A stretch of DNA of 63,823 nt, filler included, from Rhabdomonas costata (GCA_019059605.1; 53 parts of 53 records of this genome joined end to end with filler, not necessarily neighbours in it); one strand, 5' to 3'; counted from the first letter of the whole stretch, positions 34,882 to 47,934 are shown. The notes: generated by a model not told the origin, from the letters alone. A program made the numbers and translations.

Positions 34882-36548
34882 NNNNNNNNNNNNNNNNNNN
34901 NNNNNNNNNNNNNNNNNNNNNNNNNTTAATTAATTAANNNNNNNNNNNNNNNNNNNNNNNNNNNNNNNNNNNNNNNNNNNNGGTTGGGTGGTAAGGTACC
35001 AGGGTTTCATTGCGCACAATCATCTGCGAAACCGTAACCCACCACACCGCAAGAAGTACAAGCCCGCACGACAGGCCTCAAAAACTGTGGATCCACAACT
35101 GGAACTTCCCTTCTCGTACAAGTACAAACCAAAACCCAAATCCTTTCTATCAGACCCGCAGGGGCCCACAGCAGTGGAAGAGAGTTGTCAGGCTCAACTG
35201 GAGCCCAGATGAGCACAGAAGTCGTTGAAGTTGAGCCGAATGTACAGCTCCCCAAAGAGGTGAGCAGGGCCTTTCTCGCCTTTCCTGGAGAAACGAACAA
35301 AAACCACAGAAAGTGAGGGGGGAATCTTTTTATTTTGGTATCGGCCCCCATCAAACGCAAAGTCTCGAAGCAACCTGGAAGATCGCTTCTCCAGAGGTTC
35401 TGTCCGACAGGGCACAGTGGATGGTAAATCCAGGTCGTGCTTCATGACCCCAGCACCCAGAATGCAGGACTGATCGGACAACCAACCAGCACGCACGCAC
35501 GTCGAAATTTTTTTGGGGAAAGCATTCAATAGAAGCCAAGAAATGGATATCGATAGCACTCATTTCTTCAGAGCTTCAAGCTACGCGATTATTTGGTGTG
35601 ACAATTCTTTGTCTGAATGTTTGGAATTGCAAAGTCGAGGACTGCTGAATGTGGTAATTTGCAGTAAACACGTCACTCAACCCTCCCGTCCCCTTTTACA
35701 ACGCCAACCGGAGCTTGTTGACGATGGTCAGCAGGAGGAGGTGGGATGCATTGAAGTTGCTCCCCAGCTTGGCCACGTCGCGCGTCAGCTTGGTGCATTC
35801 CCCCTGGCAGGAAGCGCCGAGCGAGGCCAGCGCGACAGCGGTGGGGCAGAACGTCCGCACTCGCTGGCACAGGTGGAGGCAGTAGTCCAGCATCTGTGTC
35901 AGAGCGAGGGAGCTTCATACCTCAAGAAGGGCCCAGCAGGATGCAGCGATTGCTTCCGCCACGTCTGTATGCAGCTTCCATGCCCCAAACCAATATTACC
36001 GGTCGTCAGGTGGTGGTCAGGTCAAATAGTTCCCAGAAGCAACTTGTTTCTTCTATTCAATAGGACCAGTGCGTACACACCACACCCNNNNNNNNNNNNN
36101 NNNNNNNNNNNNNNNNNNNNNNNNNNNNNNNTTAATTAATTAANNNNNNNNNNNNNNNNNNNNNNNNNNNNNNNNNNNNNNNNNNNNACCGTGGAAGAGC
36201 CCTTGGGGGTGGAGGTGGAGGGGCAGGGGTAGGAGCTGCCCCCGCAGGTCGGCTTGACTGCGCACAGAAAATATATATAAGTGCAGACAACGGCGCACGG
36301 GACGCGAGCCGACCCAGTGGTGGCAACAGGGCTCCTACCCTGTTATCCTGAAATAGTTTGACTATCACGGAGAGACCCTTCCTCTCTCTCTCTCTCTTCA
36401 CGCTGGTCCCTGTCGTTCTTTTGTTCTTATGTGTTTTCAGCCCGATTTTGGCGTGTTTTAGCACGTTTCCGGAAAATCGCTTTGTTTTTTTACGTTTCTT
36501 ACTTGCGTTTTTTTTCGCTGTGTTTCTATTTGTGCTATGGGAAGAAAA

Positions 36549-36600
36549 ACGAACGAAGGAACGAACGAATGAACGAACGAATGAACGAACGAACGAACGA
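36549..36600. repeat. (GAAC)n imperfect microsatellite
   Basis: ACGAACGAAGGAACGAACGAATGAACG... tetramer array. Confidence 0.9.
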
Positions 36601-36923
36601 AAGTTAGAAAGAAAGTAAGAAAGAAACTGCACGTCCATGCCTTTACTTACCCACTCCCTCTTCCCATTGGTGACCACTGAGCCTGCCTGATCGGACCTGA
36701 GGACTTGAGCATTGCAGTTCCCGATGTGTGAAAGGCGCTGTTCCATAAGGTGAATGGTTTTAACAAAAGAATTCTCATTGCCGATCCTTGCTGGACCCAA
36801 CATAAAAAGGCCAAATTTAAAAAATGGTGGCCAGGGACAGAATTTTTGGCAAAAACCAGCAACCCTTCGGCACTCCGCGGAAACAAAAGCATTGCTTCGG
36901 AGCAACGGTGCAGTGTAAAGAAC

Positions 36924-37037
36924 CAAAGCAGCAGTCGGACTCGATGCACGTCAAAGAGGTGCAGATCGTGGATAAAGCCTTCGCGATGGTCGTCGCCGTA
37001 GGGCAGCTGTAGCCAAAGCTGCCGCAAGTCGGGTTGG
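36924..37037 (-). CDS. Cys-rich repeat exon (phase 1-1), paralog of 12850-12960
   Basis: cag|(A)NPTCGSFGYSCPTATTIAKALSTICTSLTCIESDCCF G|gttctt. This frame is not in the supplied ORF list. Confidence 0.78.
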
Positions 37038-39334
37038 CTGCGGTGCAGCAGTTCGTCCCGACACGCAGTCACGAGAACAAACAATGCAACAAGAGAGCAA
37101 ACCAACGGCCGTTTCGCTACACTGTTCCACGATCTTCAAATCCATAGAGCCCACACACACAATCGCAATTATGCTCCCAAATCTCCCCAATCTCTCTCCT
37201 CGACCCACTAAATGCACAGGTTGGCATGCACACCGCCTTCAAAACAGCAACAAAACCTGCACCGCCCGATTACGAAAAACAGAAACAAAAAAANNNNNNN
37301 NNNNNNNNNNNNNNNNNNNNNNNNNNNNNNNNNNNNNTTAATTAATTAANNNNNNNNNNNNNNNNNNNNNNNNNNNNNNNNNNNNNNNNNNNNGGGGGTG
37401 TGTTGCTTCAGAACTTTTGATTAATTTTTCTGTTGTTCAGCTGCCAGTATTCGTGCGACCTACCGACCCAACGACTTCATCGGGCAGAAGCTGCCCAACT
37501 CAGCGTACCATTTTTCCCTTCCCTGCGCAACTAACTTTCTTTTTTGCTTGGTTCGCTAACGCCATTCGTCATGGCAACCATAAAGTGTAGTTAGCTTGAA
37601 CTTAGTGTAGGAAACTCCAAATTGCTCTCCATTTACCCCCAAAAAATCATCATCATCACCCACTTTCCCACCTCCCGTCACCTCCGCACCACTTTCGCTG
37701 CAATTTTTGTGCCATTCGCACCCTTTCCCGGACTAAAGGATTCTTTTGGCCTCACCACAACACACCCAGTTTCTGACATTAGTCACCCCTTACCTTTTTC
37801 CGGAGATCCTCCGCCCCCAGTGGGTGAGAAGGTGTAATAGTCCTCCTAATGTCAGAAACCGAATGTTTCCCCCGCCCGGTCCATGTTCACTCCTTAACCT
37901 GAAACACATACTCCAACAACACATACTTTCACCCACATTTTCCACCTAACGAAAGTCCCTTTTGGCCAAATGACCTTTCTGGCCATTCACCTTGACCACT
38001 TCTACTGTCTTTTCCATGCACAATACCCGTTGTATTTTTCGTGCTTTTTTTCCCGCATTTGGTTTCCGTTGGTACCGCTTTTCCCCCGCGGACCTTTTGG
38101 TCACTTGGCCCTACCGGATTGTTATGAAATTTGCTACCGCATTAGACCAAAACTAAATGAATCTAATTGGAAACCCCATTTTGCTAGACCAAAACTCCCA
38201 TCCCCACAAAACTACCATGAATTGGTCTAAATATTCCCATTATTTTAGTGCACATTTGGATTCCTTTTCCAGGCTTTTACACACTCTTCTTCCTTCTCTA
38301 AATTCCCGTCTTTTTTTCAATCCGAGGAACCGTGGTTACAATGTGTGTTTTATTTTGTTCCTTCTAACGGTTTTCTTTTGGGATTGGGAAAGAGAGGGAG
38401 TTTCGACTTAATTTCCACCTAATCAGGAAAGTATTTTGTAAAGTAAGTAAGTTAGTATCAGTAAACCGGGCCCTGAGACAAGTACGCGGTTCTGGAAACC
38501 GANNNNNNNNNNNNNNNNNNNNNNNNNNNNNNNNNNNNNNNNNNNNTTAATTAATTAANNNNNNNNNNNNNNNNNNNNNNNNNNNNNNNNNNNNNNNNNN
38601 NNGTTTTGTTGTGATGAACCCGGAAAGTTTTCTTGGTGGTGGACCTAAAATGCAGTTGGATATAGGATGCTTCAAAGATTCTACTGCACCGAAGGCACGA
38701 TTTTTTCCGGTGATTCCGTTCTTGTGTTGATCTTTTGAAGTGAATTGCGAATTCTCTAACCGGCTGTGTGAGGAGCGTGGTATGTAAAGATAGGGTTTAA
38801 ACCCAGCCATGTGTTGTGGTGCAGTTCTGACTTTACGGCGTACATACTTTATTTTGTTTTATGTTTTTTATCGGGGGCTTCCTTTTTTCTTTTTAGAGCT
38901 CATTTTGGGTCGTCGCACCCGTGGCCCTTAATAATTAATGCGAGCTTAGTCAAAGTATTGCAATTGGTGACGCTGGTCTGCGAGTGCATCTATTTAAAAA
39001 CAAAAGTATTGCAATGCGTCTTTATAGACCCTTCTACTCAGTATCTTCGGTTGTGCCGCGCAACAGTCTATGCAGCCGCCTACGCGCTGACCTCCTATGC
39101 CTGGCGGACTCTTCCACTGAAGTCCTGCTACAGTCTGGTCCTCCGGCATTTCTTTAGTTGGGCCTTGAACTCACGCAAGCCAATTAAAGCAACAAAGGAA
39201 GCAAAGGAAGGATGAGTTTGTGACATTGAAATTCCTTGGTGGATAATTCCACTGCTTCTCACATATCTCAGTACTTGTCTCCTTTTTACAGTGCATTTCT
39301 ACCACACTACGGCGACCACTTCTTTTTTGTGCAG

Positions 39335-39426
39335 AGACAATTGTGGAGGAGCTGTACTCGAATAAAATGACGGACTTCCTGTTCACGCTTGTGACGAAGT
39401 TCAACGACTTCTATCAGAACGAGCGG
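39335..39426 (+). CDS. Arginyl-tRNA synthetase, DALR anticodon-binding domain exon
   Basis: TIVEELYSNKMTDFLFTLVTKFNDFYQNER resembles L.P..LCDYLY.L...F..FY.NCRV. Bounded by cag and gt. Confidence 0.65.
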
Positions 39427-39808
39427 GTGCTTCTCTCTGCCCGGCCCTGCTTTTCGACTTACTCCCGTGAAAAAGCTCAACGCAGTGCAGAGCCACACGC
39501 CCATAGGCCCATATGTATATCATCAAAAGCCGGAAGTGTGCTATCGCGCGGACACCGCTGTGACGTAGCTTGGACGCTTTTATGTGAACACCCAAATGAA
39601 AAGGAGAATTGATCCTCCAGATTACGAATAGCCTCCATGGAAGGCTGCCGCGAATGCCTTCTTCACTCAAAAGGAAAAAATTGCATCCACCTCTTGCGCC
39701 ACCACAAANNNNNNNNNNNNNNNNNNNNNNNNNNNNNNNNNNNNNNNNNNNNTTAATTAATTAANNNNNNNNNNNNNNNNNNNNNNNNNNNNNNNNNNNN
39801 NNNNNNNN

Positions 39809-40053
39809 GGGTTTTTGTCCCTCAACGTCCTGAGCTGGTCTGCCTGTGATGAGATTGCCAACTGCTCGATGAGATGCTGCTGGGCCTGGGCACTGCGCTC
39901 GGAAAACATCTGCTGCGCCGCAAGCATCTCACCTTGCATTCGCTGCATTGCTTGCAACGGAGCGGCCGTTGCTTGCGCAATGATCTGAGCGAGCAGCTCA
40001 GGGGTGAGGAAAACGGTCACTCCTGGCTGAGGTGGTCCACTCATTGATTGCAT
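39809..40053 (-). CDS. Probable Gag N-terminus of the LTR retrotransposon, truncated by contig end
   Basis: Q/A-rich coiled-coil ORF starting about 370 nt downstream of the primer-binding site on the same strand. Confidence 0.55.
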
Positions 40054-40422
40054 TTAGCCCGTTAAGTGTGAAAGGGAGCGAACCTAACCCAATTAAGCTG
40101 AGCTTTTTTCACAACGAAATAAGGGAAGTGGAGCGGCCCAATTCATAATTCGTGTGACGGGGAGGTTCGGTTGTTTTACCTGTTCCATGTAAAACAAGAT
40201 ACAAAGAACAGAAACTGCAGGGGAATATTCCCACTTAAGCAGCTGGCGCACGACGCCTTGTCAGCGACCTCGGTTTCGTCCTGGTTTTGGCGATTGACGC
40301 CTAGCCCTGGGCAAAACCGTGGCTTCCTCCGCTTTCCGCGGCTTGGCGAGCGACGCCTTGCCTTGGAAAAGGTGGAAAACCGCACGCACCAAGCGGGCAG
40401 GGAGTAGGTCGTAACTGTTTAG

Positions 40423-40907
40423 TCTGCTACCAGGTGTGACGGATTAGGACCTCAGCGGGTGAACGGCACACCGCCTCAGAGGTTTTGGTGGAGCGTTAAC
40501 ACGAAGAAAAATTAACAATCAAAATATAATTCGTTTCATGACAAATCAACACACAAACTATTTAGAACCCACAACAAGTATAAAAGAAAACCCAATTTTC
40601 TTGGGGCTTTGCCCCGTGGTTCTACTTTAGCTCATTGGGTCCCGGAAGGGCTTTGAAAAAGACGAGATCGAAGGCAACAAACGGGGGTAACCATCAAAAG
40701 GGTGCACAGCGTACCACAGAGCTCGAAGAAAAGCGACAGCACACCCAACGATCAAGAGGGAATCGCTTTGACCTTAAACTTCCCGCGCCGGTCCCACCAT
40801 ACCACCGTGTGCCGTAATCCTTTGCCCCAAGGGGCTTGAAATTCCATACCTAGGGCACCTTGTGCCCGACTGGCTTGTTGCGGCCCTTTTTTTTCTGTGT
40901 TGTCACA
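40423..40907 (-). mobile_element. LTR (40435-40907) plus tRNAi-Met primer-binding site (40423-40432)
   Basis: TGTGAC...GTCACA inverted termini. On the minus strand the LTR is followed by CC-TGGTAGCAGA, and a related copy lies at 16895. Confidence 0.8.
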
Positions 40908-41750
40908 CCCAACCNNNNNNNNNNNNNNNNNNNNNNNNNNNNNNNNNNNNNNNNNNNNTTAATTAATTAANNNNNNNNNNNNNNNNNNNNNNNNNNNNNN
41001 NNNNNNNNNNNNNNGGTTGTGTGTAATGGGGCGGCAGAACACCGTGTCGCCGTGCAGCCCACCGTGCATCACTCGCCTGGTCTCCGCAAAAACAGCGTCC
41101 GCGACAGAGGGAGGAACCTGAGAGGCGCACGCACTCTGGTCAGGGAACTCGTAAGTTTCCAGAGGAACGGGCGGAGTGCTGAGGTTCCAAAGCGACTCCT
41201 GAAATATCCAATCCCACGGAGAGAGCCTCCGGTACGGTAAGACTATACGACAAAATGAGAAAGGCAAGGGGCACGATGGGATGTGCAGAAAGTGTAGTAG
41301 ACTCCACCCTAAACTAAGACTATTTTAGAGCACGCGTTCTAGGGGTTTGGGTAAACAGCACAATGCGCAAAGGCGAAGTGTCGGCGTAAAGAACGGTTTT
41401 TTAAGATGACGTGGGTGTATTTCTGGGGCCTGCCGTGCACCTTCACACGCACCAAACATCAGGCAACGCACCGACTTTCCTGATTTTGATTTTGATTTTC
41501 CCAGGTTCAACATTCATATATGGGCTTTATAATTTTGAGACCAGCAGCATAAAAACAGGCTGAAACGACTTTGCTCGGAATCTCTGCGTTTCCAGGAGGA
41601 GCTTGCCTTATTAATTTAGAAACAGTCTAAAAGGCATTTCCATACATACTGAAAGGCAAAGAGGAACCCAAACGAACCTCCGCAAAAAGATGCTGACCCA
41701 CACGGGAAACCGGGACAACACCGACCCCAAGTGAACCCCTTTTAGCACAC

Positions 41751-41965
41751 CAGAAAGGAGAAGTCCGTCAAGGCAGAGGCGCCCTCCTCCCACCCAGGCC
41801 ACCAGTTCCGCGGCCCATTGGGGCCGACGTTCTGCTCAAAGGTGTGGTTCAGCACCAGCAACGACACGGCAGTGTACAGAGCGCCCCAGTTGTACGTGGC
41901 CGAGACCAACACAGACTCCCCCGCAACCATTCGGAAGTCCGAGGAGTAGCCCGTACTCATCATAC
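41751..41965 (-). CDS. BMP/PnrA-like solute-binding domain exon
   Basis: GMMSTGYSSDFRMVAGESVLVSATYNWGALY...V.NHTF...WWPGWEEGASALTDFS matches the BMP C-terminal pattern SIGY.SD....VLTS...NWG..Y...GTW...W.G..EG.V.L..F. Bounded by aag and gt. Confidence 0.8.
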
Positions 41966-42227
41966 CTTTTTGCACAGGAGGAAAAATGCAGTTCGTCCCA
42001 GTGCATGATGATTAGTGCGGAGTTTTTGTTCACCTTCCGCTCTGCATAAAGCATAGGCTTTGCAGGCCTCATTCAGCTCATCACTACAGTTCATTGGTTT
42101 CCAACAGAAGAAAAACACAANNNNNNNNNNNNNNNNNNNNNNNNNNNNNNNNNNNNNNNNNNNNTTAATTAATTAANNNNNNNNNNNNNNNNNNNNNNNN
42201 NNNNNNNNNNNNNNNNNNNNGGTGTTG

Positions 42228-42318
42228 GTGAACCTGATCATCCAGTGCGGCTCGCAACTTCCAGAACGTGATCCACGTTGTTCGTCATTTGCGAGCCGCA
42301 CTGGATGATCAGGTTCAC
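42228..42318. repeat. 30-bp inverted repeat at contig start, copied from kinase coding sequence (fold-back artefact)
   Basis: 42228-42257 is the reverse complement of 42289-42318. Confidence 0.9.
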
Positions 42319-43311
42319 GTACTCCTTCTGCTCCCGGGTCAGCGCAGTGTCCGCCAAAAGGGTGCAGCATGCCAGCAGGGCGTTCAACGGGGTCCTCACC
42401 TCGTGAGCCAACGTGGAGACGCACCCGCTCTTGGCTTTCAGTGCGGCAATCTCGTCCTGCTGAGCCTCGAACGCAGAATTCAGGTTCTCCATGGAGTGAA
42501 CCACCTCAGCTCGGCTGAGGCAGAGGTCACGCAGTTGCCCTTGATGCACCTCAATCAGAACGCTCGCAGGAAGTAGAACCGTCACGATCACCAGAAGCCC
42601 CGAAACCACCGCTGGCAAAGGGTACGCAGCAGCCGGTGCGCCTTGCCAGATCCCGAAGTCATCGGACAGCCATGTCGAGCATCCTGCAAGGCATAAGATG
42701 TAGCCCGCTGTGAAGATCAGCCCTGTCCACGACGTCCCCGGGATCTGCGGAGACAGCTCTGCGACAGCCACCGTGGCCTCCGCAAGGGCCAGGGCCCCCC
42801 AGGCCAAGACTCCAAAAAAGGGAGTTCCTGAGCTTTGGGAGGGCTGCGCCAGGGCCATCCCAATGGGCCACAGCAGCATGCTCCCATAGAGAAGCACCGC
42901 GGCGGCAGCGTGCAGTGTATGCATGTGATCCCACGCAAACTGGATCCTCCTCCAGGGCCACCGCAGAAACACGGCAAGCAGATCTGCACCCAGCGCCGCC
43001 AGGCAGCACCATAGGACCTCTTTGGGAAAGCCCTCTTGGGTCCCCAGGGCGAGGCAGCCCACCACCACGCCGAGGATGTGGGCCACCGCCGTGGCGTAGC
43101 GGCGCTGGGGTTGCTTGAAGTTGAGGTCCGATGACAGCAGGCTTGCCGCGGAGGGGCGAGCCGAAAGGGAGGGTCTTGAGACAGAGGAGCGCACCGCTGG
43201 GGAGGGGTGAGTCAGCTGGAAGGAGGCTTCCTCCAGCACAGAGGTGAGTGCATCCGAGGACAGGAAGCCAGGCAGATGGGCACCAAAGGCTCGCCCGCGA
43301 AGCCTCCGCAA
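42258..43311 (-). CDS. Multi-pass membrane sensor histidine kinase (HisKA), partial; C-terminus replaced by a fold-back chimera
   Basis: Several hydrophobic segments, a coiled coil, then AKSGCVSTLAHEVRTPLNALL...LLADTALTREQKEYV, the H-box of hybrid-type kinases. Confidence 0.9.
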
Positions 43312-45900
43312 GCGGGACCCACCAACNNNNNNNNNNNNNNNNNNNNNNNNNNNNNNNNNNNNNNNNNNNNTTAATTAATTAANNNNNNNNNNNNNNNNNN
43401 NNNNNNNNNNNNNNNNNNNNNNNNNNCGGTACTGCCCTCCGAGCTCACTACTTCCGCCGCCGTGGCAGTGAATTCCCCCTATCCCATCACAGGCCATGAC
43501 CGCTGAGGCCCTGCGCCCACCGCCGGTGTGTGTGGTGTGTGTGGAAGCCCTCCCGCCGGTGCAGCCCACTACAGGAGCCGCTGCTGCTGCAGGGCAGCAG
43601 CCTACGGCCACAGCACCGCTCCCCACAGCTGTGGATTTGACGTGCGGTGGTGCGGCAGTGGAAGTGGCGGAGGAGGAGGGCGTGCGCTGTGTCGCTGCAC
43701 AGCTGGCGCAGCTTTCCAAGGAGCTGCAGAGGGCCGTCGAGGAGGCGCAGGCCTGCCTGGAACCCAGCAATCCCAGTGCTGTGGGGGTGGCGGAGGCCAA
43801 ACGTACTACGACAGAGGCCGATTCCCAGGTGAGCTCGTGCACGCTCGCAACTGGAAGATATGGCACGGGTGAAGTTGCTGGAATGGAATGAATCGAAGCT
43901 CTGAAAAGAAGTTGTAGGTCGAATGAATTCCTCTTTCTCCACATTCCGCAAGCGCCTCAGCGCAGCTTTTGCGGGGTGCCCTTTTAAGACTGCAGGGAAG
44001 CAGCCAGGGGTTGAAGAAAGGGTTTTATTTTGCCTTTCACTTTTTGTATTGCGGGTTTGCGGTGGTTTCCACATTTCCCACTTGATGAACAGACAATACC
44101 TCCCCCTTGTTGGTGTTGGCAACACTTGTGTGTGCAGCCGCAGCCGCAACAGGGGCTTGAGCAGGGGCAGCCTCGGCCGCGGGCAGTCGGCGTGGAGGTC
44201 CTTCTGGAGCAGGCCCTGCGCAACTCGGACGAGCTCAGAAAGCTGGCCTGCTACCCCTCCCCCTCCCTTCTGTTCCCACCGAGCTCGGGCGGGGATGTGA
44301 AAAATATGCAGTTTCCCAATTCTGCTCCTGCGAAAGACCAAGCCGTCGGGTTCGGGAACCCACCCATGTCAAAATTTGGGGCAACCGCTCCTCTCGGTGC
44401 ACTTCCAAGTGATGCTTACCACCTTGACAACAACTCCTTCGCAACACAGGTTCACCGGGATCCGTCGCTCCCACTAGACGTTATTCTCCTCAATCTGATA
44501 AATGCCGTGCTTCAGCAACGACCCCCCCACCNNNNNNNNNNNNNNNNNNNNNNNNNNNNNNNNNNNNNNNNNNNNTTAATTAATTAANNNNNNNNNNNNN
44601 NNNNNNNNNNNNNNNNNNNNNNNNNNNNNNNGTGTTGGGGTTGAACAGGCGCAAATCTGCAAAAATACACTGTGGAATATGGGCCGCGGGATCTGAAAGC
44701 CTATTATATCCAGATGAGACAGAATTTAGGAGCAAGATTAATTGGTGATTCCGAATGCTTGCCGACTGAGACAGAAGTGGGCGAACGTCCAAGGGTGGCG
44801 TTCTGCAATCTTCTTGTTGGGCCCACGTTTGGCCGTGGGTGCGCCGGTGGTCTCCCCGGAAGTTGTGCCGGATGCACAATAGAGATTGACTCATGCGCAA
44901 TGTCGTATGCCCCAGCAATTTGCTGGTAATTTGCCTATTTGGTTGCAAAAGAAAGTCGGACGAGACTGGGCACATAATCTTACGATTTTGTAGCCTTGAA
45001 CCTGGTAAGCTCGGTCGGTGCTTTGTGACAATCCACTTTAAGAATACGCAGAAAATGGTAACCCGTGTGGTGGTGGTGGTGGTGGCGAGGCCCAACAAAG
45101 CCTGAATCTGACTTTTTGCTGCCCCGGAAAATTTTATTAGTTTAAGAAAAAAATTTTCAAGAGGCCTCGAGCCCTTCCCTGATCAAGCTACTAGGTAAAA
45201 TCTTCCCTTTCTGTTGTGAAATGGCAAAGTTCCGCTATTTGCGCGCCCTGGAAGGCCCTGGTAAGGGGCCTCGGCTTGTGAACGCCCGCATTTCAAAAAC
45301 AAAACAAACTTTTCGAATTTAAGCAAAAAATCAATCGTTGGGTTCCAAAGACGGTTGTCCCATATCCCCAAAGGACCCAGTTCCCAAGAACTGAATTCAA
45401 AAAAATGGGATCCGGGATGTGGGGCAAAATTCGTCCACAGAAGGTTTGCAACGTCTGCTTCCTAAAAGATCTCAGTCCTTCAAATGCAACACATTCAGCA
45501 TTGAGGATGTCCGCGGACAGTACCTTCGGTGCAAGATCAATCGTTTTCTCAAAGTTTGGCACAGTACCAGCTGAAAGGCTGGAGATGCAATCTTACGGAA
45601 CCAAGCTGCCGGGGCATAGTAGCCAGGTACATGGTGTCAACGAGAGAATCCAGCCACAACAACCAGCACAACGTCATGAGAAAACACGAAAAGTGCAGCA
45701 GCAATGCTGGAAATGGAGGAGCCAGTGCCAACAAAACNNNNNNNNNNNNNNNNNNNNNNNNNNNNNNNNNNNNNNNNNNNNTTAATTAATTAANNNNNNN
45801 NNNNNNNNNNNNNNNNNNNNNNNNNNNNNNNNNNNNNTTTGTGTTTGGGTCACCCGCGTGTGTGTTTCTGTGTGGAGAGAAGAGAGTGAGAGGAAAGAAA

Positions 45901-46028
45901 ATGTCGCCATGTCAGCACTGCTTCCATGACTACGACGAGCACGAGCACAAGCCGCAGCAGCTGAACCCTTGCGGGCACTGTGCCTGCTTGAGGTGTGTCC
46001 AAGAGCTCACTGGCGAAGGAGCTCCGCG
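45901..46028 (+). CDS. RING finger protein, first exon
   Basis: MSPCQHCFHDYDEHEHKPQQLNPCGHCACLRC shows C-x2-C...P..L..CGH..C..C, followed by a gtgtgt donor. Confidence 0.75.
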
Positions 46029-47934
46029 GTGTGTGGGCAACAGCGCAACAAGCGCAAGGTTCGAGGGCGAGGTTCAGGGAGGCGATATATCCGCACGAGG
46101 TGGGGCTCCATGCCTGGGAGCATCCTTCCCCGTCTTCTCAGCGGCGAAGTTCTGCGCGTCTAATCTCAAATACGACTCATGCGGCCAACGTATTTTCGTC
46201 GTTTCCTTCACCCAGAGGCTGCCTGACTCGCTCGACGTTTTCAACATTAAATTTACCATATGCAGACACAACTCGGCGGTTTGAAATACTTCTTACTTGA
46301 CACTCAGTTTTGGTCGGGATCCAGCCCTCTTTAATGCTGCTGAACTGCTGAGCAATAAAGAGTGCAGTAAAGAAGCTACATACTACGTCCCAAAGAAAGC
46401 CCCCTCCAACACAAGCACCCAAGAAGACCAAGAAGACTTTCACAAAAACGATTCGACCAAACGCCTTACATCCACAGTGGAATTTCCTCCGGAGTTTAGA
46501 AGAAGAATACACTTTTCGAAAGGATGTGGCGCCACTGGAATTCGATGAAACGGCCCGCGGGAGACTGTCTGCGTCTGAAAGGCGCAACCAGATAGTGCAC
46601 TTTAAACCAGGCATTTTCGACTGCAGAAGCTCCCGTTGGTGATTTTGATGGTTATTCGTGTTTACACCCTGCACCCTGCACCGTATTTCTAAAAAGTGCA
46701 GATCATAGGACGATATTTATCAGCTTGTCAGCTGACCAAACTTATTGCATATTTGAAGCAAGGACGTGAATTAAATTATATCCCCCCTCGACCTAACTGA
46801 AAAGCCAGGTCGGGTAGGCTGCCGCCGCCACCGGTTTCCGGTGTTCAGGCCGCCGTGTGGAGTTTCGGGTCTTTCCGAGAAAGGAACATCCAAGGGGTAA
46901 AGGGGTGAAGCCGCGACCGGGAGAAGAGCAGAAGCGCGCCACANNNNNNNNNNNNNNNNNNNNNNNNNNNNNNNNNNNNNNNNNNNNTTAATTAATTAAN
47001 NNNNNNNNNNNNNNNNNNNNNNNNNNNNNNNNNNNNNNNNNNNAGCTCCAGAAGCCTGGTGGAAACTGGTATTTGGGTTGGACAGGGTGCAACTGCAGAA
47101 GCAAATAAATTTAGCCTTGTTCTGGACGGTACGGATTCCTAGGTTCTTAGATGAGGGTTTACGCTGGTGACTTTTATGATGGGTGGGGCCCAGAAATTCT
47201 CCAAACAGGCAGGGGGAGGGGGAGGCACTGAGGCACCCGAAATGGGCGGTCCTCAGACAGCCAGCTGACAACAAGGTTCAAAAGTACGGGCATGCCAAAA
47301 GTATGTTCACCACCAAAGGTGAGAGTCGTCAAATGAGTTGTAGCACATCGATCTGTCACTGCCTCTGTGCGGTTGTTTGTTTGTTTGTATGTGTGTGTGA
47401 TACGCAGCTGCACAAGGTGCCTTCCTGAAAGACTCTCAGACCTTGCAGCAGTCCGGAGTGGGGCAGGACTGCAGCCTGGAGCTCTCTCTGAGGCAGCGCG
47501 GGCGGAAGCAGAAGTAGGAAGGCAGCCACCGCTTGGCAGTGAGTGACTCACATTGGTGTGGCTCTTCAGCATGACGATGTGTGTACCCCGTGCGTGCTGT
47601 TGGACGTCCAGTTTCGACGAACCAGTTGCTGGAGCTTCAGAGTCCCTTGCACGTGCACAGACTTTTTGGCGCGACATTGCCGTTGTGATTGGTACCTTCT
47701 GATTGGTACTGCTTCTCTCCCCTGATTTGCCATCCGGAGTGGGTTCATTGGCCCGAAATCTGGGAGATGTGAAGTTTTCCCTCTGGGGCCTCTTGTAGTT
47801 TTTTATGGGGGGGGGACATTAAACGCACTGTTGCACTGTTGTAATATGTTTTCCTAACCTCTCTTGAATTAATGGCTGTCTAAAAAACAAAATACCCTAA
47901 GAATAGCAACTCCAAAAAGTGATCAGTTCGGTCG

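Noticed and set aside
36132-36926. Long listed ORFs such as the 264-aa frame here and the 252-aa frame at 13619-14377
   Set aside because: They run through microsatellites or introns, or lie antisense to real exons, so they are not credible proteins.
44672-44929. DLKAYYIQM...GPTFG resembling reverse transcriptase motifs of a DIRS or Gypsy element
   Set aside because: No downstream YxDD found; the similarity is too short to call without a search.
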